DNA of 64,000 bases from Marsupella aquatica (GCA_973895155.1 OZ316894.1:22477867-22541866); one strand, 5' to 3'. Counted from the first letter of the stretch, positions 37,184 to 50,236 are shown. The notes: generated by a model from the sequence alone, not told the origin. Translations and numbers: made by a program.

Positions 37184-40100
37184 TTACAATATTTGTAAAT
37201 AATTACAATGCCTTGAAAAACTATTGGAGTCTAATACTTTGGTAAAAGCATCCGCTGGATTAAGCTTTCCATCAATCTTGACAAGCTCAAATTCATCATC
37301 CGATAATGCCTGTCGGATGAAATGATAGCGGACATTAATGTGCTTTACCCTGCCATCCATCACCTGATTCTTGGCAGTGTAAATTGCACTTTGACTGTCA
37401 CAATGAAGATATACACACTCCTGTGATAAACCCATCTCCGTGACAAGCTTTTTCAACCAAATGGTCTCTGATGCTGCTTCTGCTGCTGCTACATACTCGG
37501 CATCCATAGTAGACTTTGCAACACACTTTTGGAGAGTAGACTTCCAACTAATGCATCCACCAGCAAGTGTAAATACATATCCAGTTGTCGATCTCCTCTT
37601 ATCCAGATCACCTGCGTAGTCTGCATCCACATAACCTTGAAGCACTTTCATATTGTTTGAACTTGCATCAAACAATAAACCCTTCTTAGTGGAACCTCTG
37701 ATGTAGCGCAAAATCCATTTCACTGCTTCCCAATGAACTTTTCCTGGATTTGCCATGTATCTGCTTACCTTGCTAACGGCATAAGCTATGTCTGGTCGGG
37801 TGCATACCATGAGATACATTAAACTACCCACAGCACTTTCATAAGGAACTTTGGACATCAAACTTTTTTATGTCGCATCCGATGGACAAAATGCTGTAGA
37901 AATATTGAAATGCCTTGCCAAAGGAACACTCACAGCCTTAGCATCTGCCATGTTGAATTTTGAGAGTACCTTCTCTGCATATCTTTTCTGCTTAGCCAAA
38001 GTTTGGCTTTGTTAACATCCCTGACAATCTCCATGCCTAGGATCCTCTTGGCTGTGCCCAAATCCTTCATCTTAAACTCAGAACTGAATTGGGCCTTAAG
38101 CTTATCAACTTCGCCCCTATCCTGTGCTGCAATGAGCATGTCATCCACATAAAGTACAAGGATGACAAGCTTAAAACCTGTGTTGTTCACACGCCTTATG
38201 TAAACACATGGATCATACACGCTTCGCATAAATCCAAGCGATTTCAAAAATTCATCAAAACGCTTGTTCCACTGCCTTGGGCTCTGCTTTAATCCATACA
38301 AGGATTTTAGCAATCTGCATACCAAATTTTCCTTGCCCTTTTGCACAAAACCCTTTGGTTGCCTCATGTAAATCACCTCATCCAACGATCCATATAAGAA
38401 TGTCGTGACAACATCCATTTGATCTAAAACCAGATCAAATAAAACTACAAGAGCACATAGCAAACGTATTGTTGAATACTTTGCTACGGGTGAAAAAACC
38501 TCATTGTAGTCTATACCTTTCTGTTGAGTAAAACCCTTGGCTACCAACTAAGCCTTAAATATCTTCTCAGCATCCTCCGTGGGTCCATCTTTCTTCCTAT
38601 ACACCCACTTGCTGTCAACAGCCAGCTTGTCACTAGGTAGACTTGTGAGTTCCCAAGTCTTGTTATCATGAAGTGATTTCATTTCCATGCGCATCGCCGC
38701 CTGCCACTGTTGCTTCTCTATAGAAGCTAGGACCTCTCGAAATGAGGATGGATCTCCATCTTCTGTCACCAATGCATCAATAGATTCTTCATCCAAATCC
38801 ACTTGATCAGAAGGAAGCCAAGTTCCATACCTTTCTCGGACTTGACGTTTGCGAGTTCCTCTTCGCACTGAAGACTCTGGCTAATTTGATTGTAGTGTGC
38901 TTTGCCTTACAGTAGTGTCAACATATTCTTCATTTGACACATACTCTCCTCTTAAATCCTCTAGAGGAGGAGATTGCACTTTATTAGTAGTAGGGAATTG
39001 ATCTATCTCCCCCTCCTTCAATGATTTTTCTTCATTGAAGGATACATCCTGACTAACAAGTAACTTGCAATCAACTGGATCCCACAACCGATAACCTTTA
39101 ACTTCACGTTGATAACCAAGAAAAATGCATTTCTGGGCTCTAGGATCTAGCTTAGTCCTATTGTTGCTAGGAACATGTGCATATGTTTCACAGCCAAAAA
39201 TCCTAAGCTTTGAATAATCAGCAGGTCGATTGTGCCATAGCTCAAAGGGGGTTTTGTAAGTAATTGCCCGACTAGGAGAGAGATTTACTAGATAAGCAGC
39301 TATGTTGACAGCTTCTGCCCAAAATATTTGTGGCAATTTAGAGTGGCTCAACATGCTCCTTGCTCGCTCCAACAAGGTGCGGTTGAGTCGCTCAGCAACA
39401 CCATTTTGCTCAGGAGTGTACACAGTTGTGAGATGGTGAGTAATTCCCTTATTTGCACAATACGTGTTGAACTCGCCAGAGGTGTATTCACCACCATTAT
39501 CTGATCGTAGATATCTCACATTCTTTGCAGTCTGTGTCTCAACTTGAGCTACCCATTGTTTGAAGATGGAAAGCACTTCAAAATTATGGGCAATGAAATA
39601 AATCCAAACAAACCTTGAGTAATCATCGATAAACGATACATAGTATTGTTTGCCTGAATGTGAGGAAACCGGAGCAGGACCCCACACATCGGAATGAATG
39701 TACTCAAGTACAACTTTAGAATGATGAATGGCAGTTGGAAATAGAGTTCTTGTTTTCTTGCCGACAATGCAATGATCACAAAAACTCAACTTGCATGCTT
39801 GCAATCCTGGTAGGAGATGTCACTTGTGTAGGATTTCCAAACTTTTTTCACTCATGTGACCAGCTGAGCATGCCATAAATTGATTTTCTCCTCCTGAGAT
39901 GTGATCAAATTGACTTCAGCAAGAAGTGTGGTGCCTTCCAAGACATAGATGTTTCTTTTCCTCTTGCCAATAAGAACTTCAGTTGATCCATGCGTGACTG
40001 TTAACACCCCATCAGTTGCACTCCATTGATAACCCTTCGCATCCAAGTAGCCAAGAGAAATTAAATTCTTACAGATTTCTGGAATGTGTCTGACATTTGA

Positions 40101-41216
40101 TAGAGTACAGTACTTGCCACCGGGTAGTTGAATCTTTACGGATCCAATCCCTAAAACTTTGCAAGAATAATTATTTCCCATCAAAACAGATCCATGGATA
40201 GGAGTGTAGGATGAGAAAAGTTCACGCATATAGCACATGTGATACGAGCAAGCAAAATCCAAGATCCATTGACAATCCTCAACTTGGGAAATGGTACACA
40301 ATGCAAATCCTTCACTATCCTCTTCTCGAACAACTACTTGGGCTGAAGAATCGGCAACTTCCTTGAATGTGTCTTTGACGCGACAATCCTTCTTCATGTG
40401 GCCCACTTTGTCACACTTCCAACACTTTATCTCACGAGTAGACTTGGATGGTGATTTGGATCGAGATCTAGATCTGGATCTAAACCTCCTCCTACCAAAA
40501 GATCGGTCGTGTAACCTTCCTCGCTCCATGGGAAGTGGGTTAAACCTTTTGTTTTCATGAGATGGCTCCCTTGATTTACCTCTTTCTACCAACAGTGCTG
40601 TTGATGATGAGGTTGAGGTAGGATGAGTTGAAGAGACCAGCTTAGACTGCATGTCATCGGTCAACAGGGCACTCACCACATCATTGTAGGATATAGTTAT
40701 CTTATCACGGAATAGAAGAACTCGAGACAAAGATTGGTACGAAGGTGGTAGTGAGCTCAAGAGTTGTAAGGCTTTCTTTTTTTCGCTCGAATGCTCCCCC
40801 AAATTCTCTAGGTCAACCATAAGATCATTGAACTGATCGATATGATCTTGAATCTTGACTCCATCAGCCATTTTGAATTGCATGAGCTTCAGGCTTGCAT
40901 ACATTCGGTTTGATATCTCCTTCTTGTAGTACTTGTTGCGCAATGCTTGAAACAAGTCCGTCACCGTTTGTGTTGCTTTTTCCTCGAATTGCTTCTTCAC
41001 ATTGTTTTTCAGGTACATGCCAACAATACTTACCGCTTGATCATGGAGATCATGCCAATCATCATCTTCCATCTCCTTGGGTTGAGATCTTAGTACCTTG
41101 CCTAGGCCCATCGCCCTAAGTGCATCCCTCACGTTACGTTCCCACATTGTATAGTCCATCCGACCATCAAATTTTTCCACCTCAAACCTTTGACCTCCAA
41201 TCCTAATAGTCGCCAT
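37184..41216 (-). pseudogene. Disrupted copia gag-pol polyprotein
   Basis: Gag FEVEKFDG...CWKCDKVGHMKKDC zinc knuckle; protease WILDFACSYHM; integrase HSDVWGP, RSDNGGEY, EQNGVAER; RT QMDVVTTF, SLYGLKQ, YVDD; RNase H DADYAGD, CDSQSA. Four in-frame stops (39820-22, 38881-83, 38548-50, 37868-70) and frameshifts near 39858 and 37990. Confidence 0.95.
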
Positions 41217-42373
41217 CGTTGAAATGCCAAATGTAGTGTGGAGTCGTCTTAAGACAAGAATTAAATGTCGAATACTCAGATGTGGGATGTGAAAATAAGG
41301 CCAAAAATAAAAGTTGGTGAATTTTGAAACTGATCACTCCTATGTGTAGCCCACAAGGTAACGCTCCAAATTCTGAAAACGGTTTGTCAAATGGACTCTC
41401 GAGTGCCAAGAATTTTTACTCCGACCGAAAGGGGGTAAAAGATGAAATAATTACCACTCGAGGGAATCTCTTATGCCAAAGATTCCACTAGTGTACTTTT
41501 TCAAAATCGAACGCACCAATACTTGCCTAGTTTCCCCAAGTACGCCTCTCCAAAAGTTGAAGTTGATTCGATTTTATTTGCCGCTCGAAATCTTTGACCT
41601 TTGGTAAAAATTTAAGCCTCTGGAAAAAAATCTTTTTCGGGAAATTCCGTCCGCCCTTGTACAGCCCCTGTGGGGGACTCCACAGGGGGCACTTCCCCCT
41701 GCCCGAGCCCTGTCGAGCCCTAGAAAGGCCTCCTCGAACTTTTCGACCTCCTCGCGCGCCCGCGCAAGTCGCGACTACTCGCGGCAGAAAATACCCCTCG
41801 GTGGATTCACTCAAATTCCCGTCTCAGTTTTTGACGAAATCCAATTCTGATTTCAGATTCAGAAACTAGACTTTGAGGGCATCAAGATCGATATAAAGAA
41901 CTTGCAAAACGGTGGAGTAATGAGGGAGAAACAATTCGGTGAAAGTGACTGATATTAAGTTATCCGCCATAGCCAAAATTTTGAGCTCAAAAAACGAGAA
42001 TTGAAATTAAGATTGCTTCTCAACCGTTTGACGGAATTCAATGATGTTGATATCGAAACGTCTAGAAAGACAAGGCGCTCAAGCGTATCTCAGTTTCAAG
42101 TCCCGATAGAACAATCAAAAAGACTGATCTGAGAAATTGACCTTATCTCTTGCCCGATAACGTAAATTGAAACCGTTACTTACAATTGTTTCCATTTCTG
42201 ACCTCAGGCCTTCATTGCTTCACTGAAATGAGCCCCTGGTTGTGTGCTCCACACTTGTGAGAAGATTGAGTCCGATCTTCTTTCAATAGCTCCGCTTCGA
42301 AGAGGAAATCATCCGCTGTTCGCTTTGCTTGAAGCAAGTTCTATGGAGTTCCTAATCGACTGAAAAAATCTGA

Positions 42374-42385
42374 GCTCTGATACCA
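42374..42385 (-). other. Primer-binding site complementary to the initiator tRNA-Met 3' end
   Basis: gctctgatacca reads TGGTATCAGAGC on -, 2 nt inside the 5' LTR boundary. Confidence 0.95.
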
Positions 42386-42387
42386 AT

Positions 42388-42710
42388 TGTGGGGAGAAAT
42401 CAGATCAGGAAAAACACTCCAAACATACACGTGCTCAATAGTTACGTGGTTCGCCTCAAGGTTGGCTACGTCCACGGGAAGACCAAGCTTTATTAACGGT
42501 TATGTGTCTACTCAAACATCACCATAGCTCTCATCTCTTCAAGCTCTCATCTCTTGCTATATCACTGTGTTCTCTCTTGAGAACTCTCTTGTGTGTTCTC
42601 ACATCACATAGAAGTTGAAGAGATAAGGACCAACTCTTCAACTAGGGTTTACTCTAACCCTAGTTAACATACTAACCATAGTTCAACCCAAGACTGAGTT
42701 AACCTCTACA
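42388..42710 (-). repeat. 5' LTR of the copia element (323 bp)
   Basis: TG...CA ends, adjacent to the PBS and TSD. Confidence 0.97.
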
Positions 42711-44419
42711 AATGCAACCCAAAGTCCCCAGTGCAAAGAGTCGGGATTACCTCAGGGATTACCCAAAATTCATCATTGCAAAAGATGGTGCTTGCTCTGG
42801 TGCTGGTCTGTCCAATAGCCAGTGTGGTTAGGTTAGTCCTTCAACTTCACATGTTGGTGATGAAGAGTAGATAGAGTTTAGCTAGGAAATAGGCTCTTGC
42901 TCCAGGGAGTCTCTGAAGTTGTATTGTGGACATGCTCGGGGGTTTCATTTCGGCAAAATGACACCTCATGTGCGACAAAGGAAATGGTCATTTTATTGGT
43001 TGTAAGGAAAAACTTACATTTGTAAAAGAATATTAAAGTCATTTTAATTCAAAAATTGAGACTTATAAGAAACTTGTTGAACCAAGATTTGGAATATTCC
43101 AAGAATGTACTAAATTACTTGGGCTAAAAGACATAGAATTTTTTTCTTGAGTTTTAGGATCTCGGACCCTTCAAAACATTGCACAAGGTGGCAGGGGGCT
43201 TCAAGATCCCCAAGTGGACATGTCTATATCTTCATTATGTAACATCAGTTTGTTCAGGGATTACATTTGAAAAGGTCCCAATTATGGCTATTGGGGCAAA
43301 GAATTCACTATTATGTATATGCATTTTGAGATTGGGTTTCATGCAGAAAAATTTAGGCTTCAAATATGTTTAGTGTAAAAACAGAGGTGAGTATATTTTA
43401 TCCCATGTCTGGAAAGTTTTGTTTGCATATATCATGACATTGACTTTTCTGGACAGACATGGCTTGCATCCAGCAAACTAAGTATGGAGGGCCATTCAGG
43501 CATGGTGTCTACTTGGGCCTATTGCAAGGCCTACTTGGTGCCTACTTGTCCTGTAGACACCATGACTGAAATTGACAAGCAATAGGCCCAAGTAGATGCT
43601 TATATGATCTGCTTATGTGCCGCAGACTTCAGAGATCTCCAGCGGTAGGGTCAGATGTGTCTATAACCTCTAAAGTGAACATATAGGGGCTGATTTTGGA
43701 CAGGATTGCTTCCCATCTGTGACCCCTAATTATCCCTAAATAAACAGCCACCAGACTCCACTTTCACAACCCTAACTGCCATATTTTGTAGAAATGGCAG
43801 CCAAGAGAGAGACCTCTATCCTGGCCTTGATTTCCATCTATGTTAGAGATTCCACCATATGTTGCAAGATCCTGGATATGGCTGAGATATTAGACTTGGG
43901 CATGACAACATATCACTTTGGAGACAATACACGCCAAAGAAAGCGGAGGGGAACAATGGTGACTGAATTCATCATTGGGGATTTTCTAGTTTGCAGGCCT
44001 CCAAATGATGGGCTAAAATTTGGATTTACAGTTCATTGACCAACCGCCACGCTTGTAGAGCTCATGTTTGCAACGATCATTGAGTTCGATATGGGTGCTT
44101 TTCTAATTTATAGGATCCCAATTGATGCCCTAAATTTTGGGTTTACAGGTCATTGACCAACTGCCAGAGAAGCTTGCAGAGCTTGCATTTACAATTAGAG
44201 TTTCTCAATGCTTAATAGTTACGGTTGATGGCTTTGGCCTTAAATAAGTTACGGTTGATGGCTTTTGGCCATAAATAATTGGTGGTAGCTTTTTAAAAAG
44301 GTTATGTGAATGTGTTTTTTCCCAGCCTCTATAGTGACTTATGATCAGGGCATATGACCAACCCTTATTGCAAAAAGCCATGGACAATGGATTTGTTACT
44401 CCATAGATTTGGGACTCCG

Positions 44420-44950
44420 TAGTTAAGGTCCATCAAATTATGAGGTTGAGACCCCCTAATGTGTGATCAGCTACAGTGTGCCCCAAGTTCTTGTAGAGCC
44501 CCCCCCCCCCCCACCCCCCCCCCCCCTCCTAAATAAAGGAGCAGCCACAAACCGGCAACCTTAACTACTAAGTTAATGTCCATCAAATTTTGAGGGTTGA
44601 GACCCACTAATGTGTGATCAGCTATAGTTCTGCCTCCAAGTTCTTGTAAAGCCCCTGTTATAAAGGGGCACTCCCAAGCTCTTCTAAACCCCAAGTAATA
44701 AAGGGGCACAAAGCTGCAACCTTAACTACTAATAAGTTAAACCCATCAAATTACTACTAATAAGTCGCCCATCAATTTTTGAGGCTTGAGGCCCCCTAAT
44801 GTGTTATCAGCTACATTTGTGCTCCCAAGCTCTTGTAAAGCCCCTTAACTACTAATAATTAGTAGTTAATCCCCATCAAATTTTAAGGTTTGAGACCCCC
44901 TAATTTGTGCTCCCAAGCTCTTGTAAAGCCCCTGTAATAAAGGGGCACGA
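44420..44950. repeat. Degenerate tandem cluster (4 units of ~100-190 bp) upstream of the WLM gene; related fragments at ~51828-51843, ~56060-56090 and ~58062-58090
   Basis: Recurrent ccatcaaattttgagggttgagacccc.taatgtgtgatcagcta...cccaagttcttgtaaagcccc and accttaactactaa. Confidence 0.75.
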
Positions 44951-45539
44951 AGCTCCCCTGGAAGCAAGCAAGCAGGCAGGCAGGGGAGGAAGCAAAACCC
45001 CTGACGACGGCAACTTCGAAGAGATCGCATCTCCTTGAAGGTGGCATCACTCATTTCGACAGCTTTTGTGTTTCTAGTGTTCTGTACTTTTGTATCGAAG
45101 AACGGATTCTTGGGTGGTCTCCGTGTTGTGCTCGCTTGGTTGCTTGCCTAAAGCCCACCGTTCCGACAGTGCGAAATTCGTGCTGCTCACACAATTGATC
45201 GACGACCTCTTGTTATTGACAAGCTAGCTTTGTGTTCCATACTTATTACAGACGTGGATGAGCCACTAGCGGCTTCCCGAGCGGAAGTGCTCAGCGGAAA
45301 CGGCAGATAGACATCCTTCCGAGCCGGAGGTTTCTTTCTAGCGGATTTGGGTTCTGTAGCTTCGAAGGACCAGCTTGTGGAGAGGGGTTCACTGGGTCAA
45401 AATTGTGAGGCGACCATACGGAATTTCTGGGACGTTGAAGGAAAAGGAGGTCGGGGACTCTTGACGCTGGTCTGCTCACTTCCAGTAGAGTGTTGTGAAC
45501 TCTCTCTGAGGGCCTGTAAAACCGAAATTTTGTGGGAAA

Positions 45540-48500
45540 ATGGCCGGGAGCGAGAAAGAATTGCACTTCACCGTAGTGTATCGGGGCAAGCCATTGCAAC
45601 TGAAGGCCCTCGCAGGGTCCACTTTGGGTGCTCTCGGAAAGGAAATTGTGGATCTCACGGGCGTGGCCCCTCATACTTTACGCCTGATTCTTCCGAAACG
45701 GCCGCCCCTTCAGCCTACGTCGGAACAGGACGCTGCCAAGCTTCTCTATCAGTCCGGCATAGTCGAGGTATTTTGGTATTTGTTCCCTTTTTCTAGAACC
45801 AAAAATTATTTTGCCCTGTGTGCAAATCCTGCCCCGTCCTGACTTGGCGAACGACTTGATCAGATCGCCAGTTTGCATGATGTTGGGGCTCACCGGTTCT
45901 CGACGTTCACGATAAATTGTTCATGGGGATACTTGGGAATTTCAATAGGGGTAGAATTCGCGTGGCTTAGTTGGCTTGGCCGTATAGCATCCCGTTCCAT
46001 GGCCCTTAAGTCGTCTTGTCGGCGTTGATTGTGAATTGTCTCTCTACGTCACTCCATTGTTACCTTATAGGACACAGTTGGCCGATAAGGGTTTCACGTG
46101 AGTTATGATTTGCGTTTTACTTTTCCAAGGCAGTCGTTGTTTTGTAGGCTAGAGCGTTGCGACTTGCGAATCTGGAGTAACCACATGGATTCTGTTGTGA
46201 GGATGAGGTCCAACTTGTGCTGGTTACATCTACATATAGTATGTCTTAGTTCTATACGTCTTGTCCGATTTCACGCCCGAATTACCCTGCTCATGTTTTC
46301 ACCATTGTATGCACAGGGGATGAGAATGGTGATGATGGGATCTTCATCAGTAGAGGTAGCTGCGGTTTCCAAGCCTTTGATAAAAGATCGGATCATCGGA
46401 TTTACTGAGGAAGAACAACGTGCCCGTCAACGGTCTGGTCATGCTGCGGGCTCTTACGCTCTTCCCAAGGGCAATTACATCTTCTGTGATTTCCAAACGC
46501 TCCGTCTCCCAGGAATTGAGGTAATTGTGGACAAGCTTTGATTTTTAACAAGCACAGATTAGGTTTTTTTGTGTAAATTCCCATTGCTTTGCACGATTAT
46601 AGCGGTATAGTCCGCGACAGAAGCAGGTGCTCGAACAAGACACATTTCCGAACAATGTACACCTTATCTTATGGCGTTCTTAAACGGCTTTCCCAACATA
46701 TACTTACCATAATATATGTTTTGGCAGTTGAATCCGCCTCCCGCTATGGCACTGAAAATCATGCACAAGCTTGCGAGCGATCGAGGGATCACTGCCATCA
46801 TGAATAAGGTATTGTTAGACAATTCCTGTGGATCTCTAGGAATTCCTGTGCATAGAGAAGTCGACATATGAGGTTTGAATAGTCGTTGTCATCAACTACT
46901 CATAGGTTTTAGTCATGTGTTGTCATCAGCTACGCATAAGTTTTAGTCATGTCATGTAGGTCACTTTTCTACCTCCTCAGGATTATATCGAGGGCTTCCT
47001 CATGACATTGCGACTTTTGTATCACAGTATCGATGGCGAGTTGGCCTCATGACGGAAATGGCGCCGATTGGATATGTCGGTATCAGCCCGAAATGTATTC
47101 TAGGGTTCAACAAGGTAGGTCTTTTTGACAGCATCCGAAGGATGCACCGCTGCAAGTCGGTTTTGTTAGTCACGTGCAATGCAGTTTTAGTTATTTTGAT
47201 TGGAAAGAAGGGTCGTATTGAAGGGTGATAGTGAACAATTTCGGAAGGGCTTGTAACTCATTCTGGTTATCGGCATTGCAAATTGGACTGAGGTTTTTAC
47301 TGTTTTATGTGGACAGAATCGTGGACAAGAAATATCTCTACGCCTGAGGACAGATGATCTGAAGGGCTTTCGTAAGTACGAGAGCATAAAGAGGACTCTT
47401 TTACATGAACTTGTGAGTATTCTCGTATTTGTCATGGTTTTTCATTAAAAACAGTAGGGATAATACTTGTCTTTCTCATGTGGTTCTTAATCCATACTTT
47501 GGTGTATAGGAGTTTCTCAACTTAAAGCGGTCATCTTTTCTGAAAAAAAGCATCTTGAATCTAGTCGTATATATGGCAGGATCTGTTCGGACGTAAGAGT
47601 CGGCTGACTTCTTTTTGTCAGTATCGTTCATTTCTTAACGGAGCTGATTTTTCTCTTATGTTCTGGCAGGCACATATGGTACATGATGAGCATGATGAGA
47701 AATTTCATGCTCTTGATAAAAAGGTCCGTTTGAATTTGACGGTTGTACAATGTAATTTATATGTGATTTGGCAGTCAGAACCTTTATTCTCTACCAGTTT
47801 TGGTGATTGCATTATGGCAGACATTAAGAAGTGTTGTGTGTTTTACATTCGATTGAAGTCTCTGACAATCTGCAATTGTTTCTGCAGCTCAATGACGAGG
47901 CTGTTGCATTGGATTGGACAAAGTCACAGGGCCATACAATTAGTGGGATGAAATTTGAAGAGGAGGACGAGGGACTTGAAGCGAGCAGCTCTGGAGGATC
48001 CAGAGGGTACAAGGTTGGGGGAGGGACTTCGCATTTCGTGGATGCCAGAGCAGCTGCTGCGGCTGCAGCTCTTCGTAGGTTTGGAGATGCAGGAAACAAA
48101 CCTTCGTTGGGAGAGTCTAGCCAGAGGACTGTAATTGTCGCAAAGCCAAGAGTACACTCTGAACCAGACCCAGATGACGTGGACTCGGAATTTGTCGCCA
48201 ATGGCGTTGTTGGAAAAAACGATGCAGCTGCGGATGACATTTCTGTACGTGTTCTAGTCAGGAGTGAGGAACCAGATCCTGATGACAAATCTAGTGAGCG
48301 TTTGGAACGCAAGGAACCAGATCCTGATCACAAATCTAGTGAGCGTTTGGATTGCAAGGAACCAGATCCTGATGAAAAGTCTAGTGAGCGTTTGGAACAC
48401 AAGGAACCAGATCCTGATGACAAATCTAGTGAGCGTTTGGAACGGAAGGAACCAGATCCTGATGACAAATCTAGTGAGCGTTTGGAACGCGAGGAACCAG

Positions 48501-48961
48501 ATCCTGATGACAAATCTAGTGAGCGTTTGGAACGCAAGGTACCAGATCCTGACGAGGCTTCTTATGAGCATGGTACAAGTAAGGGATCAGATCCAGATGC
48601 AATGAACATTGTGATGGATGCGCCAGACCGAGATGAAACAGATGACATTGTGGTAGACACCTCTGGGGCTCTCGCTCAGTTGAGCAGAAATGAGCCAGAT
48701 CCAGATGATGAGGCAGTGGACATTACGTTAGATACCCCTGTTAGAAAGCAAGAACCAGATCCTGAGTCAGCCGTAGGTGACATACTTTGCAATACTCATG
48801 GAGGAAAGGGCGAACTTGATACTGTCCATCTCCACAACAAGAGTACTGGCGATAGGAACGTAGGTGAGTGTGTTGGTTGCAGGCGCATGGCAGGCAAAAG
48901 AATGAAATCCTCTACTGGAGGTGGATTCACAGATGTCGTGGAGCCACAGATGAGCAGATAA
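45540..48961 (+). CDS. Ubiquitin-like + WLM (Wss1-like) zinc metalloprotease, WSS1B-like, ~607 aa; exons 45540-45767, 46317-46520, 46728-46808, 47028-47114, 47317-47412, 47670-47723, 47888-48961
   Basis: N-terminal UBL-like segment LHFTVVYRGK...LGKEIVDLTGVAPHTLRLILPK, then the WLM core ALKIMHKLASDRGITAIMNKYRWRVGLMTEMAP...ILGFNKNRGQEISLRLRTDDLKGFRKYESIKRTLLHELAHMVHDEHDEKFHAL (HExxH plus third His). The C-terminus has EPDPDD repeats. The 3' exon structure is less certain (possible 69-nt in-frame intron 48864-48932). Confidence 0.88.
48266..48556 (+). repeat. Coding 45-nt minisatellite (15 aa, consensus KEPDPDDKSSERLER) x6.5
   Basis: Units start at 48266, 48311, 48356, 48401, 48446 and 48491, with a partial unit at 48536; near-identical at DNA level. 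Confidence 0.97.
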
Positions 48962-50236
48962 ACAGCCTTGAGCTTGACAATTGTAACGTGCAGGGCATGG
49001 GTCGTTGTATTTCTATGCTGACCATACTGGGAAGCATGCCAGAGTAGTGTGGATTTGTAGAAAAGTAATTATCATGAGTCTTCAGACTTGTGTGCCAAGT
49101 GACGTCATGGAGATAGGTAAGTACCGGATGGTGAAATAGTTAGGTTTGGCTTTCTCGCATGTAGATAGAGTTTGAACGACGAACACTATTGTACAATTTG
49201 TTATATTTAAAGGTGACCTCGGGGTTGGTGTCTCTGTTCTGTAGTCAAATCCTTAATGCTCTGCTTCTAAGACGTCTTAGTTGAAGGTGGTTTCTCTGTC
49301 AAATCTGGATTTGTTTCGAAGGGACAAGATAAAACGGTTCTAAGCTAGTAAGAAGACATTCTTTATCCCCTGACTCTGTTTGTACATCGTTCTACCGTCT
49401 GGAATTTACTCTCAGATGCAAACATTGATCGTTCTCCGGGAGTGTTAAGTGCCAGCAAGTGATCTACCTTATTAGCTGTCTCGATACCCTACAGCCGCTC
49501 TGATATGCTAGGTCGGGGGGCCGACTCTCTGTGGAAAAGGCAGAGGTCACAACTATAGTAGAAGTGCAGTTTACCATCGTTGCAGTGAATGTTCACTCTC
49601 GTCAAACATATATTGTTGAGGAGAAAAAAATTCAAAAACTTGCGCAGCTCAATCTGCACAAGAAGCGAGTCTCCAAATGCCTTTTGCTTGAGCTCACCGC
49701 ACATTTGTTATAGCAGTGGAGCAACTTGACACAAATTTCTGCATCGAGGAACTTACGGTTCCCCAAGGTACAAATTGCACTACGTTGCCTAAACCAATGC
49801 AGCGATGACACTACCACTTGCACAGGGTTTTACTCGGAGTTCAATTCCTGCATGTAAAATCCAGTTTACGGTTACCTGTGGTATTGAACATTGTTGTTAG
49901 TCTTAAGATCATGAAGACGGAGCATATAATGTGACCCTGTCATAAATGTTGGGATTGCTTGGGAGTGCGCGTTTAGTGGAATGCAGGAAATGATCTCTTT
50001 GGTATGCACTCCGACAATATTATGTCTAGTGGTTCTGTTTAATCGTGGCTCAATAACAAGACTCCTCCGCAACAGCAAGTCCAAATAGCAAATCAAGGTT
50101 GCAGCACCTCAATGCTCAATCTTCAATTGGCAGCCCTGTAGGACGAGTCAAATGACCTCTATTACATATTATACAGTCAATAGAAATATATAGATTGAAA
50201 GACTCTCAAACTCTCGTTATGGTAACCACTAGGCAC

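Larger units (their letters stand above)
36667..42710 (-). mobile_element. Full-length Ty1/copia LTR retrotransposon (Tnt1-like), 6044 bp
   Basis: Two 323-bp TG...CA LTRs, 5-bp TSD AATGC (36662-36666 and 42711-42715), PBS TGGTATCAGAGC, PPT AAGGGGGAG, and domain order gag-PR-INT-RT-RH. Confidence 0.98.
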
